A DNA stretch of 63,303 nucleotides, filler included, from Octopus bimaculoides (lineage: Eukaryota): assembly GCF_001194135.2 (NCBI RefSeq). It is 7 parts of 7 records of this genome, joined end to end, with 100 filler letters (N's around TTAATTAATTAA, not from the genome) between each part and the next. Parts side by side here need not be neighbours in the genome. Positions count along the whole stretch, not along the records: positions 14,962 to 23,770 come from NC_069002.1; positions 23,871 to 28,232 come from NW_026311352.1; positions 28,333 to 46,014 come from NC_068989.1; 4 more parts are not named here. One strand, given 5' to 3'. This document shows positions 22,496 to 35,979 of this stretch, in pieces; the stretch's first letter is position 1, and every line of letters starts with the position of its first letter. The notes beneath the pieces are model-generated. The model worked only from the letters and a program-made list of their open reading frames with translations, ran no database searches and was not told where the DNA came from. The position numbers and the translations under genes are program-made.

Positions 22496-22700
22496 TCTTT
22501 TACTCTTTTACTTGTTTCAGTCATTTGACTGCGGCCATGCTGGAGCACCACCTTTAGTCGAGCAAATCGACCTCAGGGCTTATTCCTTCTAAGCCTAGTA
22601 CTTATTCTATCGTTTCTTTGCCGAACCGCTAAGTTACGGAGACATAAACACGCCAACGTCGGTTGTCAAGTGATGGTGGGGGGACAAACACGCGCGCACG

Positions 22701-22731
<31 letters not shown>

Positions 22732-23160
22732 NNNNNNNNNNNNNNNNNNNNNNNNNNNNNNNNNNNNNNNNNNNNNNNNNNNNNNNNNNNNNNNNNNNNN
22801 NNNNNNNNNNNNNNNNNNNNNNNNNNNNNNNNNNNNNNNNNNNNNNNNNNNNNNNNNNNNNNNNNNNNNNNNNNNNNNNNNNNNNNNNNNNNNNNNNNNN
22901 NNNNNNNNNNNNNNNNNNNNNNNNNNNNNNNNNNNNNNNNNNNNNNNNNNNNNNNNNNNNNNNNNNNNNNNNNNNNNNNNNNNNNNNNNNNNNNNNNATA
23001 TATATACGACGGGCTTATTTCAGTTTCCGTCCACCAAATCTACTCACAAGGCTTTGGTCGGCTCGAGGCTATAGTAGAAGACACTTGCCAAATGTGTCAC
23101 GCAGTGGGACTGAACCCGGAACCATGTGGTTGGTAACCAAATTACTTACCACACAGCCAC
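22496..23160 (-). mobile_element. SINE family A, full span with internal microsatellite and gap
   Basis: Both halves present around a (CA)n/N/(TA)n centre. Confidence 0.75.
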
Positions 23161-23635
23161 TCCTGCGCCTATCTTTATAGAAAAAATATAAATAGTCGAC
23201 ATCAAGTACCGGGCTAGTAAATTTGAAGTATTTCCATAGTATTAGCCAAACATGATACATAAAATATATAATCTATGCACAATATATAAAACAGTGAAAA
23301 TAGGAATTATCCGGCGACTGAATATGCAATGGGGGTCAGATAATAACGAGTGGTGGAATTGCATTGAAGTGATATCTTCTGGGCGCCATAGTTTTTTTTT
23401 TTCTGTAATATATTACCAGATCTGGTCGACAAGTTAAAATACCATTGAAAATTATTTATGAATAACAAATTTTTGACGTATTTAATGTCTCTAAAACGAT
23501 ATTAAAATTCTTCAAGCAACAGCATTCAATTATAGAAGGAAAAGAAACTTCGATGCAAAACATGTCATTTTGAATTCCAGCAGATTGACATAATGCCATG
23601 GAGTCGAAAGAATAACAAAAAACAAACAAAAAATC

Positions 23636-23770
<135 letters not shown>

Positions 23771-23870
23771 NNNNNNNNNNNNNNNNNNNNNNNNNNNNNN
23801 NNNNNNNNNNNNNNTTAATTAATTAANNNNNNNNNNNNNNNNNNNNNNNNNNNNNNNNNNNNNNNNNNNN
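23771..23870. other. Artificial assembly spacer
   Basis: N44-TTAATTAATTAA-N44. Confidence 0.95.
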
Positions 23871-23902
<32 letters not shown>

Positions 23903-24874
23903 TGTGTGTGTGCGTCTGTGTGTATGTATATCTGTCTGTGTTTGTGTTTGTGTGTGTGCGTGTGTCTGTCTGTCTGTGTGAGTGTGTGTCTGTCTGCGTA
24001 TGTGTGTGTGTGTGTGCGCGCGCGTCTGTCTGCGTATGTGTGTGTATGTGTGTGTGTGTGTGTGTGTATGTGTGTGTGGAGATATACCTCTTTATAAATA
24101 GTGATGCGATGATTGTCATGCCGTAAGAAGTACTCGCGTTGCTATAGTAACGTTTATGTGTGTATGTGTGTGTGTGTATACGAGTGTGAGTATGCGCAAG
24201 TACGTGTGTATCCCCGAGTCCGTATGTGTGTGTGTGTGTGTGTGTGCTCAAACTATTACGTCAGTGTCAACACAAGTAGACGTGACTAACTAGAAATATA
24301 TAATTAGGCGATGATCAAACTATAAGTCATTCGTAAACATTATTAATGACAACTTTTCCGAATTCTATAGGTATTTCTAATTAAATTTTGTCATTTTCTT
24401 ATTTTTTTTGTTTTTGTTTTTCGGTGTTACTAAAATATGTTAACACAAGCTTGACTGTTTTCGTATCATGCAGATGGCATCTCTGAGTAATAATTATCTT
24501 CAGTGATTTCTTTTGTAAATGAGGACAGTGAGAGCAATGATGTCACATTTATTACTTACCCTGACGTAGCTAAGTAGATGTCAGTGTGTGTGTGCGCGCG
24601 CGCTCGTCTCCATTGTCTTTTACTTGCTTCAGTCACTGGACTGCGACCATACCTCACTATGGCCGCTTTGAAGGATCATGTCGAACAAATCTACGCCAGT
24701 ACCTTTTTTTTTTTTTTTTTTCAAAGTCCAGTACTTATTCTGCCGGTATTTTTGCCAAACGGCTGATTTACTGGGGTGAAAACAAACCAACACCCATTCC
24801 GGTTGTCAAGCGGCTGTGAGGATAAGCACACACACACAAACACATACACACATACATACAAACACACACACCTA

Positions 24875-24887
24875 GATAGGTAGGTAT

Positions 24888-24979
<92 letters not shown>

Positions 24980-25045
24980 GCAGACAGGCAGATTGACAGA
25001 CTGACAGACCGAGAGATAGACAGACAGACAGACAGATAGACAGTC

Positions 25046-25084
<39 letters not shown>

Positions 25085-25085
25085 T
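24875..25085. repeat. (GATA)n/(GACA)n microsatellite
   Basis: Direct reading. Confidence 0.95.
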
Positions 25086-25366
25086 ACTGCTTTCTTGAAT
25101 TTGGTTTCCAAGATCCTTGATATGAATTTGTGAGTTGAAACAAATCTTGTGTCTTGGGAAAATGGTCATTACGCGAATAAAGATAAAAACTCACCGGTGT
25201 GTGTGTTATTATTATTGGCGTAATGACCCTCCAAAGTCGCGACATGATATATATGTGTGTGAAGATAGCTTTATATTGTCAATTATACACTGATGTAAGA
25301 ACTATAAACTTGAAACACGTGTACCGCAGAATCCTTTGTGTTTTTGTTTTTATTTTTGCATTTACA

Positions 25367-25403
<37 letters not shown>

Positions 25404-25439
25404 TGCGACTTATTTCATCTTCTAAAGACAAAACCTCTA

Positions 25440-25874
25440 CAGTTGCCGTGGAGAAAAATTCTCTCTTGTGGTAAGAGGTGTAAAAACATCATATTTGACA
25501 GTGTCGGATTCCCAGACTCAGCGTTTCTAGCGCTTTAGCCATTGCCAATAGAAAATACCGAAGGGAGGCAACTCTGGCGGGATTTAAAACCGTAGTTTTA
25601 ACCGAAACGGTCAACAACATCGACCGAGATGCGCTATTTGACCACCAGGTTTTGGGAGAACTTCAGTATTATGAGCGTCAAGCAGTGTTTAGACATAAGC
25701 GAACATTGTGGTGACTCAACATATTTTTGTGACAGATTTCAACTTTTGAAGGCATTGATAACAGCCAAAGAGCTAGAAACGCTGCGTGTGGGAATCCGAT
25801 AGAGGGCAACACTGAGCAGACATGGTGTTTTAACACCTTTTGCCATATGAGAGAATTTTTCTCCACGCTAACTG
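25440..25874. mobile_element. MITE with ~110-bp TIRs and CAGT termini (Tc1/mariner-like ends)
   Basis: TA|CAGTTGCCGTGGAGAAAAATTCTCTC... versus ...GAGAGAATTTTTCTCCACGCTAACTG; the right-hand TA is not preserved. Confidence 0.75.
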
Positions 25875-25923
25875 CTGTGAATTTACCTTTGTCACAAACA
25901 TTTTAACTAACATAAAGTTCGCA

Positions 25924-25966
<43 letters not shown>

Positions 25967-27055
25967 ACGTGTGTGTGTCTGCATTTGTCCCCCACCCATA
26001 GCTTTGACAACTACTGGTAGTGTGTTTACGTCCCCGTAACTTAGACATACACACACAGATATAAAAATGTAAATAGATATACACGACAGGCTTCTTTCAG
26101 TTTCCATCTACCAAATCTACTCACTAAGTTTTGGTGCTAAGCAGTGGGACTGAACCCGGGACCATGTGGTTGGGAAGCAAGCTTCTTAGCCCCCAGCCAC
26201 GCCTATATGCATATACGTATACCAGATACGTATAGACATGCAGACAGTCACACGCGCGCGCGCGCGCACACATATGGATGGATGAATGGATGGATGGATG
26301 GACTTTAGTAAAAAAAAGACAATTATTATCTTTTAGCGTGTCTTAATGAATGAAGTTGACGAACTTTGAGGTGAAGATTAAATTACAAATCAGAAAGAAA
26401 AGAAGAAAAAAAAGCTAAACGGAATTGATTATTTATCAAGCAGAGATAATTATTGAGAATTGGCCAACTTTGAATTCATGAATTCATGTTAGAACTGTTA
26501 ATTGTTCAATGGATCATCTCATATAATGTGCATCTTGTTATCTCTGTTGCGGGTGATGGCCCACAGAGGAAGCTCTGGTCGTGTACGGACGTCTATGGTT
26601 ACATATTTAAATTGATGTAGGTTTAGGAAAGATCTTTAATACTTGTTAATTCTACAGCAGTGCTGGCTTATTTTGTTTATTCAATGTTTTTATTTATTTT
26701 CGAGAATAATAACTATTTGACCAGAAAATTTATCTTCAGTAGAACTAACCTTTGCCAACCCATCCTAATGGAAAATATTAACCGTGTCTAATAGTTGTGT
26801 TTTAGAATCAAATTCTTTAAGAATCTATTGTCTTAGGTTTTGAGATCTAAACTTTAAAGTAATGTTGAAATTACGTCATTCAACAAAGGAAATTAAGAAA
26901 TTAGGTTTTCGCAGAAAACTGGGTCTTTAACCCCTCTCCATTATGCGTGTTTATTGCTTATTGTTTAGAATGTGTTGAATCAGCAGAAACGTACAAACAC
27001 GTATGCAATTTTTCTCTCTCACAAATTTAATTCCACACACATATACGCACACAAA

Positions 27056-27092
<37 letters not shown>

Positions 27093-27630
27093 NNNNNNNN
27101 NNNNNNNNNNNNNNNNNNNNNNNNNNNNNNNNNNNNNNNNNNNNNNNNNNNNNNNNNNNNNNNNNNNNNNNNNNNNNNNNNNNNNNNNNNNNNNNNNNNN
27201 NNNNNNNNNNNNNNNNNNNNNNNNNNNNNNNNNNNNNNNNNNNNNNNNNNNNNNNNNNNNNNNNNNNNNNNNNNNNNNNNNNNNNNNNNNNNNNNNNNNN
27301 NNNNNNNNNNNNNNNNNNNNNNNNNNNNNNNNNNNNNNNNNNNNNNNNNNNNNNNNNNNNNNNNNNNNNNNNNNNNNNNNNNNNNNNNNNNNNNNNNNNN
27401 NNNNNNNNNNNNNNNNNNNNNNNNNNNNNNNNNNNNNNNNNNNNNNNNNNNNNNNNNNNNNNNNNNNNNNNNNNNNNNNNNNNNNNNNNNNNNAAACGTT
27501 CTCTGTGGAAAAATCCCGTTGTAGTTCAGGCTTCCACGGCTAGAAACCACTTGATGCGACCCTCAGGCATGTCTGCCGACTGGCGTCTGTTGATGTCGTA
27601 CAACCACGTGGTGCATCTTTTTTTTTTGCG

Positions 27631-27910
27631 GTGCTTCTCCACTGTTCGTCGATTTTTGCGATGGCTTCCGTGAAATTCTGTTTTTCCCTGGGGAAAATAG
27701 CAGCCGAAACAGTTGTCATGCTTCAAACAGCTTACAAGGACGCTGCCACGAACAAAACAGAAGTTTACGAGTGGTTTTCACGTTTTAGGAATGATCACTT
27801 GTCGCTTGAAGACCAACCTCGTTCAGGACGACCGTCGACCTCCCGCACGAGTGAAAACATCACGAAAATTCATGAACTGATCTTGGAGTACCGTCACCAA
27901 AGAATTACTG
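27631..27910 (+). pseudogene. Mariner transposase N-terminal HTH fragment
   Basis: VKFCFSLGKIAAETVVMLQTAY...VYEWFSRFR...LEDQPRSGRPST is the Mos1-type paired HTH with the GRP linker. Confidence 0.85.
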
Positions 27911-28232
27911 AACTTGTTGATGACAAATATGTCTTGGAACTCCTGCCAACGAATTTTGATTTAGCACTCTTAATGGCAAACCCCGATAGTAAGAAGAACA
28001 TGTAAGATTATTCAAAATTTGAGTTTATGCCATCATTTACCAATAAAACAATGCTTACGTGACTGATATTTCATTTTCTTTCTTTTTTTTCTTTGTTTCT
28101 ATTTCAGCCATTAAACTGTGGCCTTGCTGAGGTACCGACATGAAGAAGTTTTGGTCGCATGATTCGACCCAAGTATTTTTTAAAGTCTAGTACTTATTCT
28201 ATCGGTCTCTCTTGCCGAACCGCTAAGTTACG

Positions 28233-28332
28233 NNNNNNNNNNNNNNNNNNNNNNNNNNNNNNNNNNNNNNNNNNNNTTAATTAATTAANNNNNNNNNNNN
28301 NNNNNNNNNNNNNNNNNNNNNNNNNNNNNNNN
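28233..28332. other. Artificial assembly spacer
   Basis: N44-TTAATTAATTAA-N44. Confidence 0.95.
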
Positions 28333-28364
<32 letters not shown>

Positions 28365-29940
28365 ATATATATATGATATTAGTAAATAAGATATTAACAT
28401 TTAAATATTCTATTCTATGACGCATAAATTACTGATCAACATAACATTTTATTTCATATCTCGAAAAACCTTTGCATTAATAGATATGGAACGGTATCAC
28501 CAAAGTAAACCTTGATAATAATATTAACTTTGTCTTCTCAAGTAATTTTTACTCGTTCAACCCCTACTTCAGCCCAAATTTTTTTTACATCTAACTTAAT
28601 AAAATAATCCATTTCTGTAGATTAATAGACCACCCATTATCTTTATTATTTATTAATTAATTATCAATCTTTTAATATCTTATTTACTAATATAAGAATT
28701 ACCTTCCTATAATATCCCTCTGCTTTAATATCAATTAATACACAACTACCGTATGTATATACGTACTAAGGAGTGTATACTAATGCATGTGTGTATCCAT
28801 GTACATACATGGAACCACACATACATATATATGTGTGTGTGAATGTATGTGTATGTGTATTTGTATGCACATATGTATCTGTGTGTGTGTGTACATTCAT
28901 GTTTATGTATGAAACTATATGTTTGTGTAGATGTTTGTATATATTTGTTTTTATTAATAAAAAATATATATATGGACATGTGTGTATATATGTTTGGTTG
29001 AATGTATGTATGTTTATATATGTGTGTTTATGTATGTATATATGTGTGTGTGTGTGTGTATATATATATATGTATGTATATATATATGTGCGTGTGTGTG
29101 TGTACGTTTGTGTATATATGTATGTATATATGTATTTATACGAGTGTATGTATGTATGTGTGAGTATGTATATATGTATTTATACGAGTGTATGTATGTA
29201 TGTTTGAGTATGTATATGTGTATATATGTGCGTATACATGAGTATATATGATTATACACATTTCTCTCAGCACTTTTTGTAGAAATACAAGATTAACTCC
29301 CCTTTACAATGCCATTATTTACATAACATTCCTCTCCAATTTTTATCGGATTTAAATCATCTTATCTCCCAACTTTACACTCTGAATTTTCTTTCTTTTT
29401 TTCTTTCCTTCTTTTCTTCCCTTCTTGTCCAACGTACTATCTGGTAACGTCCCAATCTCCAACGGCTTTTTCAAATAAATTACGTAACAACCTTCTACTA
29501 CAGTTCTCATATTCGGTTAAAATGTCTTACGTTTAAGCTGGTTCCCATGCATTTCCCTGAAGAGAAGATTACATTTTTAACATCACCGATTCCTATGGAA
29601 GGTATAATTTGCAATCTTCGAAACATATGTTGGAAATAAAAGTATGCAGTTAACATATGCGTTTTACTCCATACACTAAATTTTTATATATATATATATA
29701 TTTAGTAACAATCCAAGGTCTATCACCAGTAATTTAGTTAAGAGTATTTCACTCAGACTTTCTAAACTTTCCTCTAACTCCCACATTTTCAATAAAAAGG
29801 CTGACTTTTATAATTCATACATATATATACATATACATATATTTCTATATATATATATATGCACGCATATATATATATATATATATACACATATTATACA
29901 TCTGCACATATGTATATTTATGTAGATGAATATGTATATA

Positions 29941-31420
29941 CCCGGGATACGTTAAATTGGTTCAAAAATATCAAAGATAAAAATAGGTGCAAGTTCTTCC
30001 AAATAGATATAGAAAATTATTATTCATCTATTAACAAGATTATTCTTAATAAGGCCTTTATATATGCTATGAAAAATGTTGAGATGACATATGGTGAAGT
30101 TAAAGTAGTGCTAACAGCGAGGAAATCCCTAATTAGATATAAAAATAAACTATGGGTTAGGAAAGACACTAGGGATTGCTTTGATATATCTACGGGTGTT
30201 CCAGATTCTGCCCAAGTAACAGATCTAGCAGGAATATACCTATTATCTGAACTTGGTTAGAACACCTTAACATAGAGGGAGGTCTATATAGGGACGACCT
30301 ACTCCTTATAAGTAGAAACTGCACCAATAGATCATTAGAAAACAAAGAAAAAATTATACAAATTCTTTAAGAATTATGGTTTAGATATCTCTATAGAGAA
30401 AGAATATTCTGCGGTTAACTACCTAGATGCAAACCTAAACTTAGTAACTAATTAATTTAAAAAATTAAATTCTTTAATAATTACAGATTCAATAATAATA
30501 CTATTAATCATCTTAACTCTCAAACCAACTATAAAAGTAATAGCAATGATAATAATAAACAATATAAGGAAATACGTAAAGATTATAATATACATCTAAA
30601 CTAATAATTATAATAAGGATAATACTAAAAATAATTCGAATAAAAAATGATAAGCATAAATATTATGTACCCATGAAGAATACATTGACAATGATGAAAA
30701 ATAATAATTAGAATAATAGTAATAATAATAATAACAATAAAAATAAACATAAGGAAATTATATGGCTATATAAGGAAATCATGGGACCCAAATTAAAACT
30801 AATATTATTAAAGAAATTTTGAATATAATAAAAACATTCTTTAAAAAGAATAATACATACTCGAAAATATTCTCCAATAAAACTATTAGAGTGGGCTATT
30901 CTACAACAAGGAATGTAAGTAATATTATATCCTCAATAAACAGTTTCAAATTAAACAAATTTTATAATAATTTAACTTATATAAACCATAGCTACAACAG
31001 TACTATGACAAACAATAAACATAACTATATTTTAAATAAATGCACATGTAAAGACAAATCCAAATGTAGGCTTAATAATAATTGCAATCTAGATAATGTA
31101 ATTTATAAATGTATAGTAACCTCTAATAATAATAATAACAATATTAATAATAATGAATATATTGGATCCACAGCAAATGAAATTAAAAGAATTTCCCAGC
31201 ATTATCAGTCTTTCAAAAATCCCAAATTAAAAATTCTACAGGTCTAAGTAAATACATATGGGAGTTAAAATCTAATAAAATAGAATACACCCTTAATAGG
31301 TATATTATTTGTAAGAGCAAACTCATAAAATAGGTAATAAAACATGCTTATTATTTACAACAGAGTTTATGAAAATACTCCAGTCGAGAGTTATTAAACA
31401 CTAATGAAGAGAGAGGAATA
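29941..31420 (+). mobile_element. 5'-truncated Penelope-like element (YRDD-type RT plus C-terminal GIY-YIG), decayed
   Basis: FFQIDIENYYSSI, FDISTGVPDSAQVTDLAGIYLL, GLYRDD, KIFSNKTIRVGYST, CTCKDKSKC, NVIY...YIG. Confidence 0.8.
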
Positions 31421-32278
31421 AAATGCTGACATAGGAATAGCTTTACATATAATAAAATGAAAAATATATAAAATAAACCACCCCAGGATATTATCTCCAC
31501 ACACTTAGGATGAATATAGTTACTAGAAGTTTTAATAGTATTTATAATAGTATTATATACGCATATACTAAAACTAAGTATTTATTACATAATATTACCT
31601 TTAAATGAATAATCAGGCCACATTTCTGTAACATAAATCTCAAAATCTACAATACTTTAAAACTCAATTTATAGCTAGCTTTACGATTATAGGCCCATTT
31701 CTAGTTATTATCTTCCCTTGACTTCAACTTCTCTCAGATTATTTTTACAGTATTTTTCTGAGTATTTTATTTTATTCTTTTATGTTATACCCAATTCCCA
31801 TAATACTATTTGAACTCCAAATAGAAACATACAATAATGATAGACATTGTAAATACTGAAACAGACCCACTGGAAGAGCTGAACAATATACCTACAGCTT
31901 GCCAAGCAACCACAAAATTTTTTTAGTCTAATTTTCATTAAGGATAATGATTTGAAATAAATATATTTCCAAATAAAATTTGTGTGCCTTTGTGTGTATG
32001 ATATATGCATCACTAAACATGAATGAAAAAATTACATCAATTCATTTTAACTAAAATATCTCCAACAAAGAGTAAAGTGGGAACAATGCCTGATAAGTTC
32101 TCACAATGTTATTTCCTAAGTATAAAAATGGTTCTATCAAAAACATAACTACATAACATAAATAATTGGCTTTGCTGAGGAGAAGTGGGGGACATCACTA
32201 AATACTTCATCTCCAGGAGGTGAAGCAAGGAACATTACACTGGAGTGATTCTTCATACCCTTCCTATTTTTCAAGTCA

Positions 32279-33589
32279 ATGGAAAGGTTTGAAATCAACA
32301 TTGAAGCATAACATCAATTATATATTGTCTTTGTTGAAACGGGGCTGCTAGGTAGCTGAAATAATTTTTTCTGATAAGTATGCTCTTTATGGAGTATTCT
32401 TGCTCATTTTCATGATTCTGGTATTTTAATTTTTTTTGTTGCAGATTTTTGAATAAACAAGTTCGCAGTAACAAAGAAAATGGAGAAAACCAAGTATCGT
32501 GCTGTCATAAAGTACCTTCATTTGAAAGGCATGACTCCATCAGAAATCCATGAAGATATGGTGAGAACCTTAACAGACAATGTTCATTCATATGCAACAG
32601 CCAAATGATGGGTAACTAAATTCCAGCATGGGAGGGAGAGTGTGGAAGATGATCCCACACCAGGGAGACCTCCAACTGCAACCACCAAGGACAACATTGA
32701 CCTTGCTCTTTGTATAATGCAAGATCATCGAATATCATATCATCAGATAGCTGAGAGACTGGGCATCTCAACTGAAAGAGCATACAACATTGTGACAAAA
32801 GAACTTGGGTTCCCAAAGGTTTCTGCAAGGTGGGTCCCTCGCCTTTTGACTCCTGAACAGAAACGCACCTGGTGCACTTTGTCCACGAGCAACCTGGAAC
32901 TGTTTGAAGTTGATGAAGAGAATTTTCTTGCTCGTTTCATTACTATGGATGAAAGTTGGGTTCAGCACTACCAGCCTGAAACCGAAGAACAATCAAAGCA
33001 GTGGAAGCACACATTTTCTCCTACCCCAAAGAAGGCCAGGATCATTCCTTCAGCTGGCAAGGTCATGGCGTCAGTTTTTTTGGATTCTCAAGGTGTCTTG
33101 CTGATCAATTACCTTGAAATGGGTTACACCATGACAGGGCTGTATTATTCTCAGCTACTAAAATGCTTCCGAGAAGCAATCAAAGAAAAAATGCTGGGAA
33201 TGATCACCAGAGGAGTCCTTTTTCATCACAACAATGCTCCAGCCCACACCTCAGTAGTCGCCATGGCAACAATTTGTGATTGTGGATATGAACTTGTTCC
33301 CCATCCGCCTTATTTGCCAGACTTAGCCTCCTCTGACTTTCATTTATTCTCCAAAATGAAAAAAGCCCTGGCTGGTCACCATTTTGCCAGTGACAATGAC
33401 GTTATAGACGCTGTAGAAAGTTTCTTGGAGTCTCAAACAAAAGAGTTCCTCTACACCGGGATAATGGCACTTCAGCACCGCTGAAGAAAGTGTTCAGCCA
33501 TCACGGGGACTATGTTGAAAAATAAATCATCAGAAGTCTTGTACTATGTTTTATTTTTTTGAGGCTCAAAACTTTCCATACACCCCTCG
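32279..33589 (+). mobile_element. Mariner (D34D) element, nearly full transposase pseudogene
   Basis: ATG at 32480; WVPRLL, TMDESW, HHNNAPAH (catalytic D changed to N), PDLASSDF; in-frame TGA at 32606 and 33482; right TIR ...TTTCCATACACCCCTCG|TA; partial left TIR ATGGAAAGGTTTGA. Confidence 0.92.
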
Positions 33590-34905
33590 TACATACCTAT
33601 TTATAGCTAGATGGACTGGGTCTTTAAAAATATATTTACTAAGGAATTTCAGTAAATTACTATCTTTTTTCTGTTTGTTTTCTGGTGGAACACTTGAGTA
33701 GATAAAGCTATAGATAATAACATGTAGAACAGTGGCTAAAAAACGAAAACATTTGCTTGAACAAATGAGAGATGAACCCACACCTGAAAAGATAATGGGG
33801 TGAGCCAACCATTATACCATAGCAACACTTCAGTTTTTCTCCATTTATTTTAGAAGTTTTGCTTTATGAGCTGGAGACAAAAATCAACACTGCTCAATAG
33901 ACTGGCTAGTTATGATTGTTAAAAAAGGAAAAATAGGGGATCAGAAAATACAGATATCATCATGGAAGTCAATTCTATTGAGATCGCTACTGTGCAAGAT
34001 TTAATTTTTGTCCATATTTCTTGTAGTTTTTCAATGTCCTGTTTTCTATGCTTACATGGATCAAATGGAATTTTATTGAGAAAGATTTTCTTTGGCTGGA
34101 TGATCTACCTGTAGACAACCTTAACCTCTTTCCAAGAAAGGAATATATCCCCATAGTCAGACAAATTCTCACTGAATTTGGAGATTAATGACACTATTTG
34201 TATGACAGTGACAGACATTTACAACTACCATGCAAAATCAAGCAAGACAAAAAAGACAAATACATACTCATCACTTAAACGTACATGCACACACATATAC
34301 ATACACACACAATGATTTTCTTTCAGCTTTTTTCCACCAAATCTACTCACAAGTCTTTGATTGGCCAGAGGCTTTAACAGAAAACACTTGCCCAAGATAC
34401 TATGCAGAGAGACTGAACCAGAAACCATGTGGTTGTTAAGCAAATTTTGTAACCATATAGCCATGCCTGCAAATTGTATATTTTGAGCTAAGAACAATTA
34501 ACAATTCTTCTACAACAAATATTTGTTCATAGATTATAGAAAAGAAGGACTGGAGGAGACCTAATCAAAACGTATTACAGTTTTCCTGACAGCAGCTTTG
34601 TAACGTTACTGCAAGCAGTAAATTGTAAGCTGTTTAGAAGTTGGTGTAAAAAACGTCAGGGTGTTTGCTCTAGCAAACACACTATGCAGCTACCTAACAG
34701 CTCAAATTTCACTGACACAGTAAATAATGCAGCAATACCAAAGAAAGAATGAAGAATTATAACCATGCAACACTGAAAGATGATTAAAAGTGGTTAAAAC
34801 AGAAAGTGTGTAATTAGAGGAATTAGACTTACAAAAATACCTCAGAGAAGATAAGGATTAGCAATTAAATTACACACACATATACACTTTAAGCATGTAT
34901 ATGCA

Positions 34906-34942
<37 letters not shown>

Positions 34943-35075
34943 GTAAATAGTAAAGAATTTTAGAAAAAGTAGTCTATGTCAGAGGTAAAGTATAAATATA
35001 ATTTGATAAGCAACAACCAACATAGTTGAAACAATAAATTCCATCATAAATAAAATGGGTCTCAATCTGCAGTCA

Positions 35076-35117
<42 letters not shown>

Positions 35118-35490
35118 AAAAGAGTTTGTTTGTGTGTGCATGATCCTTACACATTCGAAATTGAGTTGCTGATTTTGACGAATGGGTACCAACAGATTCA
35201 GTAATCGTTCGGTTACAGAGTGAACAATTTCATTTCCATATTTTCTATGTTATCTCAACAAGCACCAATAGATATTTGAAAGACACTGTTCCACAACAGG
35301 CAAGTTTCAAGAATATATAAAGAAACGTACATACACACACATATATTTACAAACACACACATATATATATATACATATATGTATACATATGTACACACAC
35401 ACACATATATATGCATGTAAACAGATACATATATATATATATATACAAACATATATACACACATATACATATATACTCATATATATGTAT

Positions 35491-35686
35491 GTGCCAGTGG
35501 CACATAAAAGCACCCACTACACTCTCGGAGTGGTTGGCATTAGGAAGGGCATCCAGCTGTAGAAACTCTGCCAAATCAGATTGGAGCCTGGTGTAGCCAT
35601 CTGGTTCACCAGTCCTCAGTCAAATCGTCCAACCCATGCTAGCATGGAAAGCTAGCATGATGATATATGTGTGTGTNNNNNNNNNN

Positions 35687-35753
<67 letters not shown>

Positions 35754-35965
35754 AGATGAATGTATGTATGTAGATATACATGTAGATGAATGTATGTATG
35801 TGTAGTTAAATCATCATCATCATTGTTTAATGTCTGTTTTCCATGTTAGCATGGGTTGGACGGTTCAACTGGGGTCTGGGAGGCCAGAAGGCTGCACCAG
35901 GCTTCAGTTTGATCTGGCAGTGTTTCTACAGCTGGGTGCCCTTCCTAACGCCAACCACTCCGTGA
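35491..35965. mobile_element. Inverted pair of RTE-tail SINEs (family D): 35491-35655 (+) and 35829-35965 (-)
   Basis: GTTGGCATTAGGAAGGGCATCCAGCTGTAGAAAC...CCAACCCATGCTAGCATGGAAA and its reverse complement. Confidence 0.8.
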
Positions 35966-35979
35966 ATGTAGCTTTTTAT

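Noticed and set aside
28400-29820. Possible inverted N-terminal part of the PLE at 29941
   Set aside because: Only faint motif resemblance in very AT-rich, stop-riddled sequence
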